A stretch of 64,000 nucleotides of DNA from Turneriella sp. (GTDB taxonomy: Bacteria; Spirochaetota; Leptospiria; Turneriellales; Turneriellaceae): the NCBI GenBank assembly GCA_965279515.1, contig CBDIID010000003.1, positions 64,001 to 128,000 on the forward strand, in the 5' to 3' direction. The notes below the pieces were generated by a model. The model did no database searches, had not been told where the DNA came from, and saw only the letters and a list, made by a program, of their open reading frames with translations. A program made the translations under genes and the position numbers. Positions 9,998-19,787 of this stretch are shown here, piece after piece; positions within the stretch are counted from its first letter, which is position 1; each line of letters starts with the position of its first letter.

Positions 9998-11154
9998 GGT
10001 TTTTTTGCTCCAAAGAGAAGTAGATCGGTCCAGAAACAACCGCCGAAACCGGTGGCGAGAGCAAGGTCGACTTTGCCGCCCTTGACCTGGCGCGCATCGG
10101 CGCGGCCCTGTACTTGTAAGGTGGCTTCCGCAACGCGGATGAGCGCCGTCGCGCCAATGGGGTTACCGCAGATCGGGCCACCTGATGGGTTGATCGGCAG
10201 CTCGCCATCCATATCCGTGACGCCATCCCAGAGAAGTTTCGGACCTTCACCCGGCTTGCAGAGTCCCAGTGACTCAATCCAGCTAAGGCCGGCATAAGAG
10301 TAAGGAAGATACATTTCAATCACGTCGAGTTGTTTGAGTGGGTCGGTGATCCCGGTTTTGCCAAAAAGTTCTTTTGAGGCATGCACCATGGATTGCAGGC
10401 CGTCGAGTTCGACGTCGGCCGTCATCGCTGCATTGTGGCGTACCGAGGTGCCCAGGACCCAAGCCGGTTTGTCGCAGATTTTTTCAGCGACCGATTCTTC
10501 GGCAAAGATCACGGCGCAGGCGCCATCGGTGCGCGGGCACATGTCGAGCCAGTGCAGGGGATCGGCAATGAGTGGCGATCCCATGACCTGCTTCACGGTC
10601 GTTTCTTTTTGCACATGGGCAAAGGGATTATTCGCGCCGTTCTTGCGGTCACGCACAACGACGCGCGCGGCGTCTTCTTTCTTGTGGTTATAACGTGCGA
10701 GGTAGGCCTGCGCCTCGACGGCAAGGCCGCCGATGGCTCCCGCAAAAACCAAACGATCCCAGATGGGATCGAACGCTGTGGTGATCGCGGCTGTCGTATC
10801 GGATTCGGTATTCTTTTCCCAGCCGATGACCAGGAGTTTCGAGAACATGCCCGAGGCGACGAGGTGATAGCCGCCGATGGCGAGGGTTGTGCCTGTTGTG
10901 CCACCAGTTGTGAGTTTAATGACGGGTTTCATTGTGCCGCCGGTGCCCGGGGCCGACCACGAATCGACATAGTTAATGCCTTCGAAGTGGTCCATGTTGC
11001 CGATGACGATGCCGTCGATGTCGTCGATGGTGAGCTGCGCCGCCGTGAGCGCACGGTTCACCGCTTCGGCGATGAGCTCTTGCCCGTTGACGTCGGCGCG
11101 GCCGCCGGTGTGGTATGTCTGGCCTGAGCCAATGACTGCTACTTTACGCGCCAT
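9994..11154 (-). CDS. Thiolase-fold protein, Ltp3-like
   Basis: CPRTDGACAVIF, INPSGG..GNPIGA; N-terminal catalytic Cys absent (TTGGTTG). Confidence 0.85.
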   Translation of the reverse strand: MARKVAVIGSGQTYHTGGRADVNGQELIAEAVNRALTAAQLTIDDIDGIVIGNMDHFEGINYVDSWSAPGTGGTMKPVIKLTTGGTTGTTLAIGGYHLVASGMFSKLLVIGWEKNTESDTTAAITTAFDPIWDRLVFAGAIGGLAVEAQAYLARYNHKKEDAARVVVRDRKNGANNPFAHVQKETTVKQVMGSPLIADPLHWLDMCPRTDGACAVIFAEESVAEKICDKPAWVLGTSVRHNAAMTADVELDGLQSMVHASKELFGKTGITDPLKQLDVIEMYLPYSYAGLSWIESLGLCKPGEGPKLLWDGVTDMDGELPINPSGGPICGNPIGATALIRVAEATLQVQGRADARQVKGGKVDLALATGFGGCFWTDLLLFGAKKP

Positions 11155-11173
11155 AGAAGCTCCTGATCAAAAA

Positions 11174-11251
11174 CGCAAAGGTCGCAAAGTTTCGCAAAGT
11201 GGGCAAAGAAATCTGTTTCTTAAACTTTGCGTAACTCCGCGTACTTTGCGG
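11174..11251. repeat. Intergenic CGCAAAG/CTTTGCG palindromic repeat element
   Basis: Three CGCAAAG units followed by two CTTTGCG units. Confidence 0.45.
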
Positions 11252-11271
11252 TGCTGTCCTGAGTATGCCTT

Positions 11272-12429
11272 TCATATTGAGCTCCCTAAAACCCAAACAC
11301 AATGCGCCTGCGCGCACGGTCCATTGATTCCATGCGCAAGTGCGGTATTCACCTTCTTCGGAACCTGGTGTGCGCCCGCGTCACCGCGTATCTGCAGCGA
11401 CGCCTCAATCATGCGGATGAGCCCCGCAGTGATGACAGCATGCGCCGATAAAACTCCGCCCGAGGCGTTCACGGGCAAAGCGCCGCTCATTTGGGTCGCG
11501 CCGCTTTTCATGAATTCGGCGCCTTTGCCTTCGCCGCAAAAGCCGAGGCCTTCATACCACATGAGTTCCATATAGGAGAAGGCGTCATAGATTTCCGCGA
11601 GATCGATATCTTTCGCCGGGTTTTTAATCCCCGCAATCTGGTAGGTCTTTTCAGCCGCAAGTTTGAGTGCGGGTGATCGGGCGAGATCGCGCAGGCCCAG
11701 GTCATAGGCGTCGGAATAAAAGGCTGTGCCCTTGATATAGACAGGTTTTGCCTTGCCGCCTTTAATTTTCCGCGTGAATTCATCCCCCGCAATAATCATC
11801 GCAGCGGCGCCGTCGGTGATGGGTGAGATGTCATAGAGCTTCAGCGGGTCGGCGTATTTTTTCGACTTCATGACGTCGTCGACGCTGATCTTTTTCGCGA
11901 TCTGTGCGAGGGGATTGGCTAGGGCATTGCCGTGGTTCTTCACCGAGACTGCGGCAAAATCTTCTTCGGTTGCGCCAAACGCATTCATGTACGAACGCGC
12001 CTGCATGGCGGCCGATGTAATATTGTCGAGGCCCAACGGCCGTGTGAAGATCGGCTCAAACATGCCGTTCGTGATCAGGTTGGTATCGCTCTCAGAGCCC
12101 TTGCTGTGCGCGACGATCAGCGTGTTTTTATACGAACCCGAGAGAATGCGCGACAAGGCGTAGTAGGCGCCAAAGGTACCATCGCCCTCGACGGTCGACA
12201 CGTTCTTTTCGTAGGCGCCGGCGACGTCTTGCACCGCCATCGACGAGATGGTACGGCCGTCCCAGAAGTCGTTCGAAACCGTGATGACATTGTCGATATC
12301 TTTGATTTCGACATCGGCATCTTTGAGCGCCAGCTGCGTGGCCTCGTAGACCATCTCGGCAAAGTTCTGGTGTTTTTTATTGCGTTCTTGTTTTGTTTGG
12401 CCGACACCGATAATAGCGGTTTTTTCCAT
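11272..12429 (-). CDS. Thiolase-fold protein, Ltp4-like
   Basis: DFWDGRTIS, VEGDGTFG (no catalytic Cys), SPITDGAAA, EIYDAFS, VNASGG. Confidence 0.85.
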   Translation of the reverse strand: MEKTAIIGVGQTKQERNKKHQNFAEMVYEATQLALKDADVEIKDIDNVITVSNDFWDGRTISSMAVQDVAGAYEKNVSTVEGDGTFGAYYALSRILSGSYKNTLIVAHSKGSESDTNLITNGMFEPIFTRPLGLDNITSAAMQARSYMNAFGATEEDFAAVSVKNHGNALANPLAQIAKKISVDDVMKSKKYADPLKLYDISPITDGAAAMIIAGDEFTRKIKGGKAKPVYIKGTAFYSDAYDLGLRDLARSPALKLAAEKTYQIAGIKNPAKDIDLAEIYDAFSYMELMWYEGLGFCGEGKGAEFMKSGATQMSGALPVNASGGVLSAHAVITAGLIRMIEASLQIRGDAGAHQVPKKVNTALAHGINGPCAQAHCVWVLGSSI

Positions 12430-12493
12430 CAGTGATTCCTCTTAGCCAACTTGTGCTGAGCTTGTCGAAGCATGATTGCTGTTTTTTCCATAA

Positions 12494-12952
12494 TTATGCC
12501 GGCTTAAAATACTGGATATCCAGAATGTGACCTTCACGGTTTTCGCGGAACACCGGCTGCACGCGCATGCCAGTCTTGACCTTGTCGAACGAGACCTCGC
12601 CCAAAAGATGCGGCAGGGCCTGTGTGGCGCCGTCTAAAAGAATAAGCGCGTAGATACGCGGGGCATCCGCCGCAGCAGCGAGGCTGTCATAGTGGCGCTG
12701 CGTGAAAGTCTGCACCGTGCCCGTGCCCGGGAGTTCAAGCCATTCGGTGATCGGCTTCAGGGAATAGGGGGAGTTGAGTTTCGGGGGACAGAAGATCTGC
12801 CCGGTTTGCGGGCATTTGTTTGCGAGAATTTTTTTATCGTCGCGCAGCGCCTTTAGGAAGCGTGAACCAGTCTCGCCGACAGACCAGGTATACGGCACCT
12901 TGATCTTACTGTGGTGGACAAGGGGCTCCACCGAATTACGCCAATCACTCAT
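12494..12952 (-). CDS. DUF35 OB-fold protein with partial Zn ribbon
   Basis: YTWSVGETGSRFL, KCP...FCPP, ALILLDGA, GMRVQPVF. Confidence 0.88.
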   Translation of the reverse strand: MSDWRNSVEPLVHHSKIKVPYTWSVGETGSRFLKALRDDKKILANKCPQTGQIFCPPKLNSPYSLKPITEWLELPGTGTVQTFTQRHYDSLAAAADAPRIYALILLDGATQALPHLLGEVSFDKVKTGMRVQPVFRENREGHILDIQYFKPA

Positions 12953-13054
12953 AGCGGGTACATTGAAAAAAACCGGACATTGTGGAAATAAAAACTAATG
13001 CGCAAATTCTGTAATCCTTTACGGCCTGTTTACCATTCTACCGTCGTGTAATCT

Positions 13055-14506
13055 ATGAAACCTGGTTTCGCCCTTAAATGCGCTTCGCTCACGTCATTAG
13101 TAATCACTTTGGTACTACCCGTGAATGCGCAGCTAAAACCCAAAAAGGCCCCACAACCTAAAGCGACCGCTGCAAAACCCGCAACTGTCACAGCTCCGGT
13201 TGTGGCTGCTACACCGGTTGCACCAGTAGCTACCGCCACGCAGCCCGCGGCGAATCAGGAAAAATGGTATGACAGCGTCAAAATCTCCGGCATGATCCGT
13301 GTGCGTCCCGAAGTTAAGGATAACTTCGCCTTCGACGGCGATCAGAAGTATAGCTTCGTCGGTCAAAAGGTCTGGCTGACGGCAGAAAAGGAATTTGCTG
13401 ATAAAAGTAAGGCTGTCATTACCTTACAAGATGTGCGTATCTGGGGCGGCCAGAACCCTTCGATCACCGACACAGGCACCGAGCGGCAAGCCACAGATAT
13501 CCGCGAAGCATACCTCAACCTCAAAAATTTTCTCTGGAGCCCGTTTGACCTCAAGATCGGCCGCCAGAAACTCGAATACGGCGAGCAGATGCTGGTCGGT
13601 TCTCTTGACTGGGCGAACGTGGGGCGCTCATTCGACGGCGCGAAACTCATCTGGGAGACGCAGCATAATAATTTGCAGATTTTTACGACCTTTGTTCAGG
13701 GCTCGCGTTCCAACGATCTCAACAATGCTGCGAGTCCCCTCAATACCAAAAATGTTTATTTTAGCGGCATCTATAATGCCTGGAAAATCCACCGCGCCTT
13801 CATGCTCGATACCTTTATTTTTGCGCGGAATGAAGAAGGCGTTGATCGCAATGCCAACCAGCTCTACACGTATGGCATCCGCATGAGTAACCGCACCGAC
13901 CCGGGCAATAAAACCCCCAAGGATATGCTGATCGATTATTCACTCGACGTGGCCTATCAGGGCGGCCAGCGCCTCGGTGAAGAAATTCAGGCGTATGCCG
14001 CCGTGGGTTTTCTCGGCCTCAACTTCAATACAGGCAGCCTCGTGCGTATGCGCGTCGGCGGGCAGGGCGCCTATGCGAGCGGCGACACCGATGCGAGCGA
14101 CGGCAAGTACCAGACCTTTGACGCGCTCTATCCCACGCCGCACTACCAGTTTGGCACCGCCGACATGACCAGCTGGAGAAACCTCACCGGCTGGGGTGTG
14201 GACTATACGATCTGGTTCGGCCCTGATTTCAGCATCAAACTCGATTACTGGTATGCTATGCGTTCCAGCACCGCCGACTACTGGTATGCAGTTTCCGGCG
14301 CTGCCTACACGACAACGCCCATCGCATCCCTGGGCGGCGAGCGCGAGCTCTATCAGGAAGCCGATGTGACGATCAACTACAAGGCGCGGGATTTCCTCGC
14401 TTTCCAGGCGGGCTATTCCTATGCAATGCGCGGCAAGGCGATGACCGCGGCAGGCAAAAGCGGCGATTACCAGTTTGCGTACCTGATGTCTACGCTGACA
14501 TTCTGA
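13055..14506 (+). CDS. Alginate-export family outer-membrane porin
   Basis: Signal peptide, GRQKLEYGEQMLVGSLDWANVGRSFDG, TFDALYPTPH, C-terminal Phe. Confidence 0.85.
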   Translation: MKPGFALKCASLTSLVITLVLPVNAQLKPKKAPQPKATAAKPATVTAPVVAATPVAPVATATQPAANQEKWYDSVKISGMIRVRPEVKDNFAFDGDQKYSFVGQKVWLTAEKEFADKSKAVITLQDVRIWGGQNPSITDTGTERQATDIREAYLNLKNFLWSPFDLKIGRQKLEYGEQMLVGSLDWANVGRSFDGAKLIWETQHNNLQIFTTFVQGSRSNDLNNAASPLNTKNVYFSGIYNAWKIHRAFMLDTFIFARNEEGVDRNANQLYTYGIRMSNRTDPGNKTPKDMLIDYSLDVAYQGGQRLGEEIQAYAAVGFLGLNFNTGSLVRMRVGGQGAYASGDTDASDGKYQTFDALYPTPHYQFGTADMTSWRNLTGWGVDYTIWFGPDFSIKLDYWYAMRSSTADYWYAVSGAAYTTTPIASLGGERELYQEADVTINYKARDFLAFQAGYSYAMRGKAMTAAGKSGDYQFAYLMSTLTF

Positions 14507-14507
14507 T

Positions 14508-15077
14508 ATGTTACTTGCAGTCTTTGACTTTCTCGTCGCCGCGACAGCCGCTTTTGCCGCGATACGGGCGCATCGCCGCAGCGCGGTGGATGTCTTCACG
14601 CAGGCGGGTTATGCCGCCGTCATGGTCGCGGCGCTCATCGGCACGGTTAAATTTTCAGCAATGCCACAGCTCGCCAGCTTACATGCCATTGCATCGCATG
14701 TCGCCGCCATCATCGGCGTGCCGTTTGCAGCAGTGGGATTTCTTATATTAAAGAGGGAAATCCGACTTTGGGCTATTGCTGCCATTGCGGCCCTATTCGT
14801 CGCCGCAGCGGTATTCTTCTGGAATTCACCCACCTATGCGCTGATTGTGGGCATCTTCGCGCAAGCGCTCTGGCTCTGGGGCGGCATACTGCGGCGTGAT
14901 GAAAGCCGTATCTTATTGCGCGTGGTCATTTCTGTCGTGCTGACATCAGCCGCGGGGCTGCTGTTTGCGGGCCCGGGGCTGTGGCACGGAATAGAAAGAG
15001 AGAACATCTTCCACGGCCTGTTGGCCTTGGCTCTGCTGCAGCAGGCTTATGCCTTTGGGACTCCCAAAACTGAATAG
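14508..15077 (+). CDS. Integral membrane protein
   Basis: 189 aa, multiple hydrophobic helices. Confidence 0.75.
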   Translation: MLLAVFDFLVAATAAFAAIRAHRRSAVDVFTQAGYAAVMVAALIGTVKFSAMPQLASLHAIASHVAAIIGVPFAAVGFLILKREIRLWAIAAIAALFVAAAVFFWNSPTYALIVGIFAQALWLWGGILRRDESRILLRVVISVVLTSAAGLLFAGPGLWHGIERENIFHGLLALALLQQAYAFGTPKTE

Positions 15078-15080
15078 GGC

Positions 15081-15118
15081 TTGACGATACATCGATACAT
15101 CTAAATGTATCGATGTAT
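15081..15118 (+). promoter_or_regulatory. Palindromic operator overlapping the putative ahcY promoter
   Basis: TTGACG (-35-like) followed by ATACATCGATACAT-CTAA-ATGTATCGATGTAT (perfect 14-bp arms). Confidence 0.6.
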
Positions 15119-16570
15119 ATGAAAACTCCAGAAACAACCACAGCCAGTGGTGCTGGCTCAACCAGCGCCCAGGATTATAAAGTTGCCGACATCTCACTCG
15201 CCGAGTGGGGCCGCAAAGAACTCGATATCGCCGAGCATGAAATGCCGGGCCTGATGTCGCTGCGCAAAAAGTATGGCGCCGAAAAGCCCTTGAAAGGCGC
15301 AAAGATCATGGGTTCACTCCACATGACTATCCAGACTGCGGTTCTCATCGAAACGCTGAAAGCATTGGGCGCGGATGTCCGCTGGTGCTCGTGCAATATT
15401 TTCTCCACACAAGACCACGCCGCCGCAGCCATCGCGAAAGCCGGCATTCCCGTCTACGCCTGGAAAGGCGAAACTCTCGAAGAATACTGGTGGTGTACTG
15501 AGCAGGCACTGACCTGGCCAGACGGTTCAGGCCCCGACCTCATTGTCGACGACGGTGGCGATGCCACGATGCTGATCCATGACGGCACCAAAGCGGAGAA
15601 AGACCCCAAATTCGTCACCCAGGCAACAGACAACAAAGAATACAAAATTGTCCTGAACCTCATCGGCGAAAGCCTGAAAAAAAGCCCGGACAAATGGACT
15701 AAAATCGGCAAAGCAGTACGCGGTGTTTCTGAAGAAACCACAACGGGTGTAAAACGCCTCTATTCGATGATGGAGAAGGGCGAACTGCTTTTCCCAGCCA
15801 TCAACGTCAACGACTCTGTCACAAAGTCTAAATTCGACAACCTTTACGGTTGCCGCGAATCACTCGCCGACGGTATCAAGCGTGCGACAGACACCATGAT
15901 CGCGGGCAAGGTTGCCTTCATCGCCGGTTATGGCGACGTGGGTAAGGGCTCGGCACAATCTATGCGCAATTTTGGCGCACGTGTGATCGTCTCTGAAATC
16001 GACCCGATCTGCGCACTGCAGGCAGCGATGGAAGGCTACCAGGTAGCACCGATCGAAGATGCACTCGCCTCAGCAGATATCTATGTGACAACAACCGGTA
16101 ACAAAGACATCATCACGCTCGATCACATTTTGAAAATGAAAGACCAGGCGATTATCTGTAACATTGGTCACTTCGACAATGAGATCCAGATCGAAGCGCT
16201 GGATAACCTCAAGGGTGTTCAGAAGATCAACATCAAGCCCCAGTACGACAAGTACGTGCTGCCGAATGGTAAGACTGTATACATGCTGGCAGAAGGCCGC
16301 CTTGTGAACCTCGGTTGCGCAACGGGTCACCCATCCTTCGTGATGAGTAACTCATTCACGAACCAGACGCTGGCACAGATCGACCTCTGGAAAAACAAGG
16401 ACACAAACAAGATCGACGTCACACGCCTTTCCAAAGTCCTCGACGAAGAAGTCGCGCGTCTGCACCTCGAGCGCATCGGTGTGAAACTGACCAAGCTCAC
16501 GAAAGAGCAGGCAGATTACATCGGCGTCGACCAGGCGGGCCCATATAAGCCGGAGCATTACCGGTATTAA
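15113..16570 (+). CDS. ahcY: Adenosylhomocysteinase
   Basis: [59 protein letters not shown]; start may be ATG at 15119. Confidence 0.98.
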   Translation: MYMKTPETTTASGAGSTSAQDYKVADISLAEWGRKELDIAEHEMPGLMSLRKKYGAEKPLKGAKIMGSLHMTIQTAVLIETLKALGADVRWCSCNIFSTQDHAAAAIAKAGIPVYAWKGETLEEYWWCTEQALTWPDGSGPDLIVDDGGDATMLIHDGTKAEKDPKFVTQATDNKEYKIVLNLIGESLKKSPDKWTKIGKAVRGVSEETTTGVKRLYSMMEKGELLFPAINVNDSVTKSKFDNLYGCRESLADGIKRATDTMIAGKVAFIAGYGDVGKGSAQSMRNFGARVIVSEIDPICALQAAMEGYQVAPIEDALASADIYVTTTGNKDIITLDHILKMKDQAIICNIGHFDNEIQIEALDNLKGVQKINIKPQYDKYVLPNGKTVYMLAEGRLVNLGCATGHPSFVMSNSFTNQTLAQIDLWKNKDTNKIDVTRLSKVLDEEVARLHLERIGVKLTKLTKEQADYIGVDQAGPYKPEHYRY

Positions 16571-16609
16571 CCTCACCCCCCAACCCCCTCTCCTATAAGG
16601 AGAGGGGGA
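16571..16609. repeat. REP-like palindrome downstream of ahcY
   Basis: CCTCACCCCCCAACCCCCTCTCCTATAAGGAGAGGGGGA hairpin. Confidence 0.45.
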
Positions 16610-16611
16610 GT

Positions 16612-16641
16612 AAAAATCCTCCGTAAAGGGGGATTTTTTTT
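16612..16641 (+). terminator. Rho-independent terminator
   Basis: AAAAATCCTCCGTAAAGGGGGATTTTTTT hairpin plus T run. Confidence 0.6.
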
Positions 16642-16660
16642 ATCCTGAGCAAAAGATAAT

Positions 16661-16900
16661 ATGCCAAACCCGAACATAGAATCATTTATCGAAAAGGTGA
16701 AAGCCCAAGCCGACGCAGATGCGGATATCTTCGCCATCGCCGCTGCGGGTTCTGCCACCACTGGCGAGACTGACGAATATTCCGATCTCGATCTGGTGAT
16801 TGTCACTGCTTCGCCCATAGCCCCCGACCGCGCAAAGCGACTGGGACAACTTCACTCAAGACGAATACTACTGCCGAATTCGCAGCATTGGATTATTTAG
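16661..16900 (+). pseudogene. Truncated nucleotidyltransferase fragment
   Basis: GS..TGETDEYSDLDLVIV NTase motif but only 79 aa with a non-protein-like tail. Confidence 0.6.
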
Positions 16901-16919
16901 ATAAAATAAGGAACTTACC

Positions 16920-17939
16920 ATGATGACCGATACGGAATTTTTTACGGAAATGCCCAAGGTGGAACTCCACGTACACATCGAAGGCGCGCTGAAGCCCGAC
17001 GACTATTTTGACCTCGCGGAAAAGAATAATGTCGCATTGCCGGTTTCAACCCGCGAAGCGTGGCGTGACTTCTATAAATTCCGCAATTTCGATCACTTTA
17101 TCCAGGTCTATACCACCTCGGCGGGGCTTCTGCGCAGTGCCACCGATTATAAATTCATTGTCGAGCGCTTCTTTGCGCTGCAGGCATCGCAGAACATCTG
17201 CTATAGTGAAGCCTTCATGAGCGCGGCATTTATGCACACTAAAGACGATGCCGAAGCCCTGTACGATGCGCTGGGCGAAGCACTGGCTGCCGGCCGCGAA
17301 AAATACGGCATCGAAGTGCGCCTGATCCCGGATTTTTCGCGCGAGATACCTGAAGTGCAGAATGCCGTCGCCGATTTTATTTCCGGTGGCGCGAAACGCG
17401 GCGTTTTTATCGGCGCGGGGCTCGGCGGCGTCGAACAGGATTTTCCCGCGGCGCTGTTTAAGAATAATTTTGACCGGCTACGCGCCGAAGGTCTGCATAT
17501 ACCGATCCATGCGGGCGAGGCCGCCGATGCGTGGAGTGTTAAAGACGCGGTGGAAATCCTCAAGGCCGAACGTATCGGCCATGGCCTGAATCTCATGCAA
17601 GATGCTGAGCTCATCCGTTATTTCCGCGAAAAAAAACTTCCCGTCGAAATATCGCCCAGCAGCAACTACTGCCTGAACGTCGTTCCGCGCAACGAGCCGC
17701 ACCCGATCCGCAAGATGGTCGATGCGGGCGTCAATTGCCTGGTGAATTCTGATGATCCCGGTATGTTCAATACCTCGCTGACGGCGGAATACGGACTTTT
17801 AGCGGGGCAGGGGTTTTCGCGCGAAGAACTGTGGAAAATGAATTGCGCAGCGATAGATGCCAGCTTTCAAAGCCCTGAAGAAAAACAAAAGCTCAGTGCG
17901 CAGTTCGCCGCGTGGCGGAAATCCTCAGAGCCTATGTAA
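16920..17939 (+). CDS. add: Adenosine/adenine deaminase
   Basis: PKVELHVHIEG, HAGE, RIGHG, NSDDP motifs. Confidence 0.93.
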   Translation: MMTDTEFFTEMPKVELHVHIEGALKPDDYFDLAEKNNVALPVSTREAWRDFYKFRNFDHFIQVYTTSAGLLRSATDYKFIVERFFALQASQNICYSEAFMSAAFMHTKDDAEALYDALGEALAAGREKYGIEVRLIPDFSREIPEVQNAVADFISGGAKRGVFIGAGLGGVEQDFPAALFKNNFDRLRAEGLHIPIHAGEAADAWSVKDAVEILKAERIGHGLNLMQDAELIRYFREKKLPVEISPSSNYCLNVVPRNEPHPIRKMVDAGVNCLVNSDDPGMFNTSLTAEYGLLAGQGFSREELWKMNCAAIDASFQSPEEKQKLSAQFAAWRKSSEPM

Positions 17940-17957
17940 CAAGCCAGGAGCGCATGC

Positions 17958-18689
17958 TCAGAAGTGTAGGGCGATGGCAAGGCCCGGCCGGATAAAATAC
18001 TGAGCCGCGGAGATGTTTTCTGCTGTCAAAAGATTGGGGCTGCGCACCTTCGCATAGAGCCACGCGCCTTCAGTGAAAAGCTGCACGCTCAGCCCCGAAT
18101 GGACTTTGAAATCGACGCCGATCATGGCACTCGTGAGCCATCCCCATTCGCTGTATTTGTGATAACGGGAATCTGCCGCCGAGAGTGTGCCGCTGCTGAC
18201 GCTCAGTACATATTCCAGTGCGCCGAAGCCGTAGGCGGGTCCGGTGCCCAATTCGGTAAAAAACCAGTCCGAAACCCAGGTCTTCCGCAACCTGAACTGC
18301 AGCGGAATCCAACCCAGGCCCATGCGGTAGTTGCCGCTGCTGAAAGTATAGCTGCCACCGGCCTCGGCATTTTTGCGCACGATGAAATCCTGCGTCACCG
18401 CCGAGCTGCCGGTCAGCAAGGCGCGGCTTGTGAAAGCGGAATAGAGATGTAGCGAAATCCCCAGCCCCCAGCTGCCCTGCGTGCGGTAAAAACGCCCGCC
18501 ATAATCGGTGAAATCGTAGTTGATGGTTTCGCTGTTATAAGTTGACGCAAGGCCCGAAGGTAGGTACCTTTGCCCCAGTGAATAAGCCCCTTCGACGGTT
18601 AACAGATACCCGGGCTCGGCAGCAAATAGGGCGGATGCCCCCAGCAGGTAGATGAAAATTCGATTTATGCCGCGTCTGAGATTTTGCAT
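17958..18689 (-). CDS. Outer-membrane beta-barrel-like hypothetical protein
   Basis: Signal peptide, amphipathic aromatic strands, C-terminal Phe. Confidence 0.7.
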   Translation of the reverse strand: MQNLRRGINRIFIYLLGASALFAAEPGYLLTVEGAYSLGQRYLPSGLASTYNSETINYDFTDYGGRFYRTQGSWGLGISLHLYSAFTSRALLTGSSAVTQDFIVRKNAEAGGSYTFSSGNYRMGLGWIPLQFRLRKTWVSDWFFTELGTGPAYGFGALEYVLSVSSGTLSAADSRYHKYSEWGWLTSAMIGVDFKVHSGLSVQLFTEGAWLYAKVRSPNLLTAENISAAQYFIRPGLAIALHF

Positions 18690-18698
18690 TGAGGCCCT

Positions 18699-19271
18699 AT
18701 GAGATTCGCCCGCGCCATATGTGTAACGGCCACCGCGCTGGCAATTTTATTGCCCGCAGCCGTTTTCGCGCAGAGTGCGCACAGCCGGCTCACTGACCCG
18801 ACGCTGCTCAAGCGTTTTGACACGCTTTCGCATAAGCTCATGTGTACCTGTGGCTGCAATATGCCGCTCAGAAACTGTAACCATACAGGCCACTGCAATG
18901 CCTGGCCGGCGCGCGATGCTCTCGACAAGCTGCTGCTGGCGGGCGTCAGCGATGACAAAATCATCGACGGCTTTAAAAATGGCTTTGGCCCCGACGCTGA
19001 AAAGGCCGAAGCCTTTGCGATGGCGAAACAGAACGACTACGCGTATATGATGGTGCAGTTCAAAAATGGTTTTGGCGCACAGATCATGAGCATTCCCGAA
19101 AGCAATTATCTGGGTACGTTTGCGGTCTTGGGCGGTATTCTCTGCGCCGGCATTATGGCGCTGTTTATCCGCAGCCGCAGCAAGCGTCCCAAGACAGCAG
19201 AAAAGCTGGCGCTGCTCGATGACAAGCGGCGCGAAGAGCTTCTGCGCAAGCTGTCATCCGATCACAATTAA
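18699..19271 (+). CDS. CcmH-like cytochrome c biogenesis protein
   Basis: LMCTCGC motif, signal peptide, C-terminal TM helix. Confidence 0.7.
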   Translation: MRFARAICVTATALAILLPAAVFAQSAHSRLTDPTLLKRFDTLSHKLMCTCGCNMPLRNCNHTGHCNAWPARDALDKLLLAGVSDDKIIDGFKNGFGPDAEKAEAFAMAKQNDYAYMMVQFKNGFGAQIMSIPESNYLGTFAVLGGILCAGIMALFIRSRSKRPKTAEKLALLDDKRREELLRKLSSDHN

Positions 19272-19367
19272 CTTCAGCCTGGGCAACCGGCCAGTATGGA
19301 AATTAAATTGACCCAATAGGCACGTGCGGGCGTCCAATATCGTACATCCTTTATAGGAGAACTCAAC

Positions 19368-19781
19368 ATGAAGAATAGACTCACAAGTATCATCATCATT
19401 GCTGCCCTGGCCTCTTTCACCGGTGCCAGCTATGCCAAATCGTCGATGCGTGCCCCGGAGCCGGCGCCTGATCCGACAAAAAAGAAAACCGGCGAAGAGT
19501 GCAAAACTGCGGATGAATGCCAGGCGCACCATTCCTGCAGCAAAGCCGGTGAAAAGAATGTCTGCACGGCGCACCCGCGCCCCAAAATGAAGCCCGGGGT
19601 CGTGACTATGCAAATGGGCAGCCAGGCTATCGAGCCGTTTGACCCGAAAAAAAAGAAAGCTGGTGAAGAGTGCAAAGTTTCTGACGAATGCCAGAAGCAC
19701 CACGAGTGCAAAAAAGACGGCGACAAAGGTGTCTGCACAGCGCCTCCGGCTCCAAAACTGCCGCCCGGTGTCGTGACCTGA
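19368..19781 (+). CDS. Secreted Cys-rich protein with two tandem ~47-aa repeats
   Basis: AGGAG RBS, signal peptide, two GEEC-x5-C-x5-C-x8-C...PGVVT units. Confidence 0.85.
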   Translation: MKNRLTSIIIIAALASFTGASYAKSSMRAPEPAPDPTKKKTGEECKTADECQAHHSCSKAGEKNVCTAHPRPKMKPGVVTMQMGSQAIEPFDPKKKKAGEECKVSDECQKHHECKKDGDKGVCTAPPAPKLPPGVVT

Positions 19782-19787
19782 TTTGAT

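Noticed and set aside
12451..12472. TTGTGCTGAGCTTGTCGAAGCA REP-like motif
   Set aside because: Single short copy in this window; cannot be supported as a repeat family without the rest of the genome.
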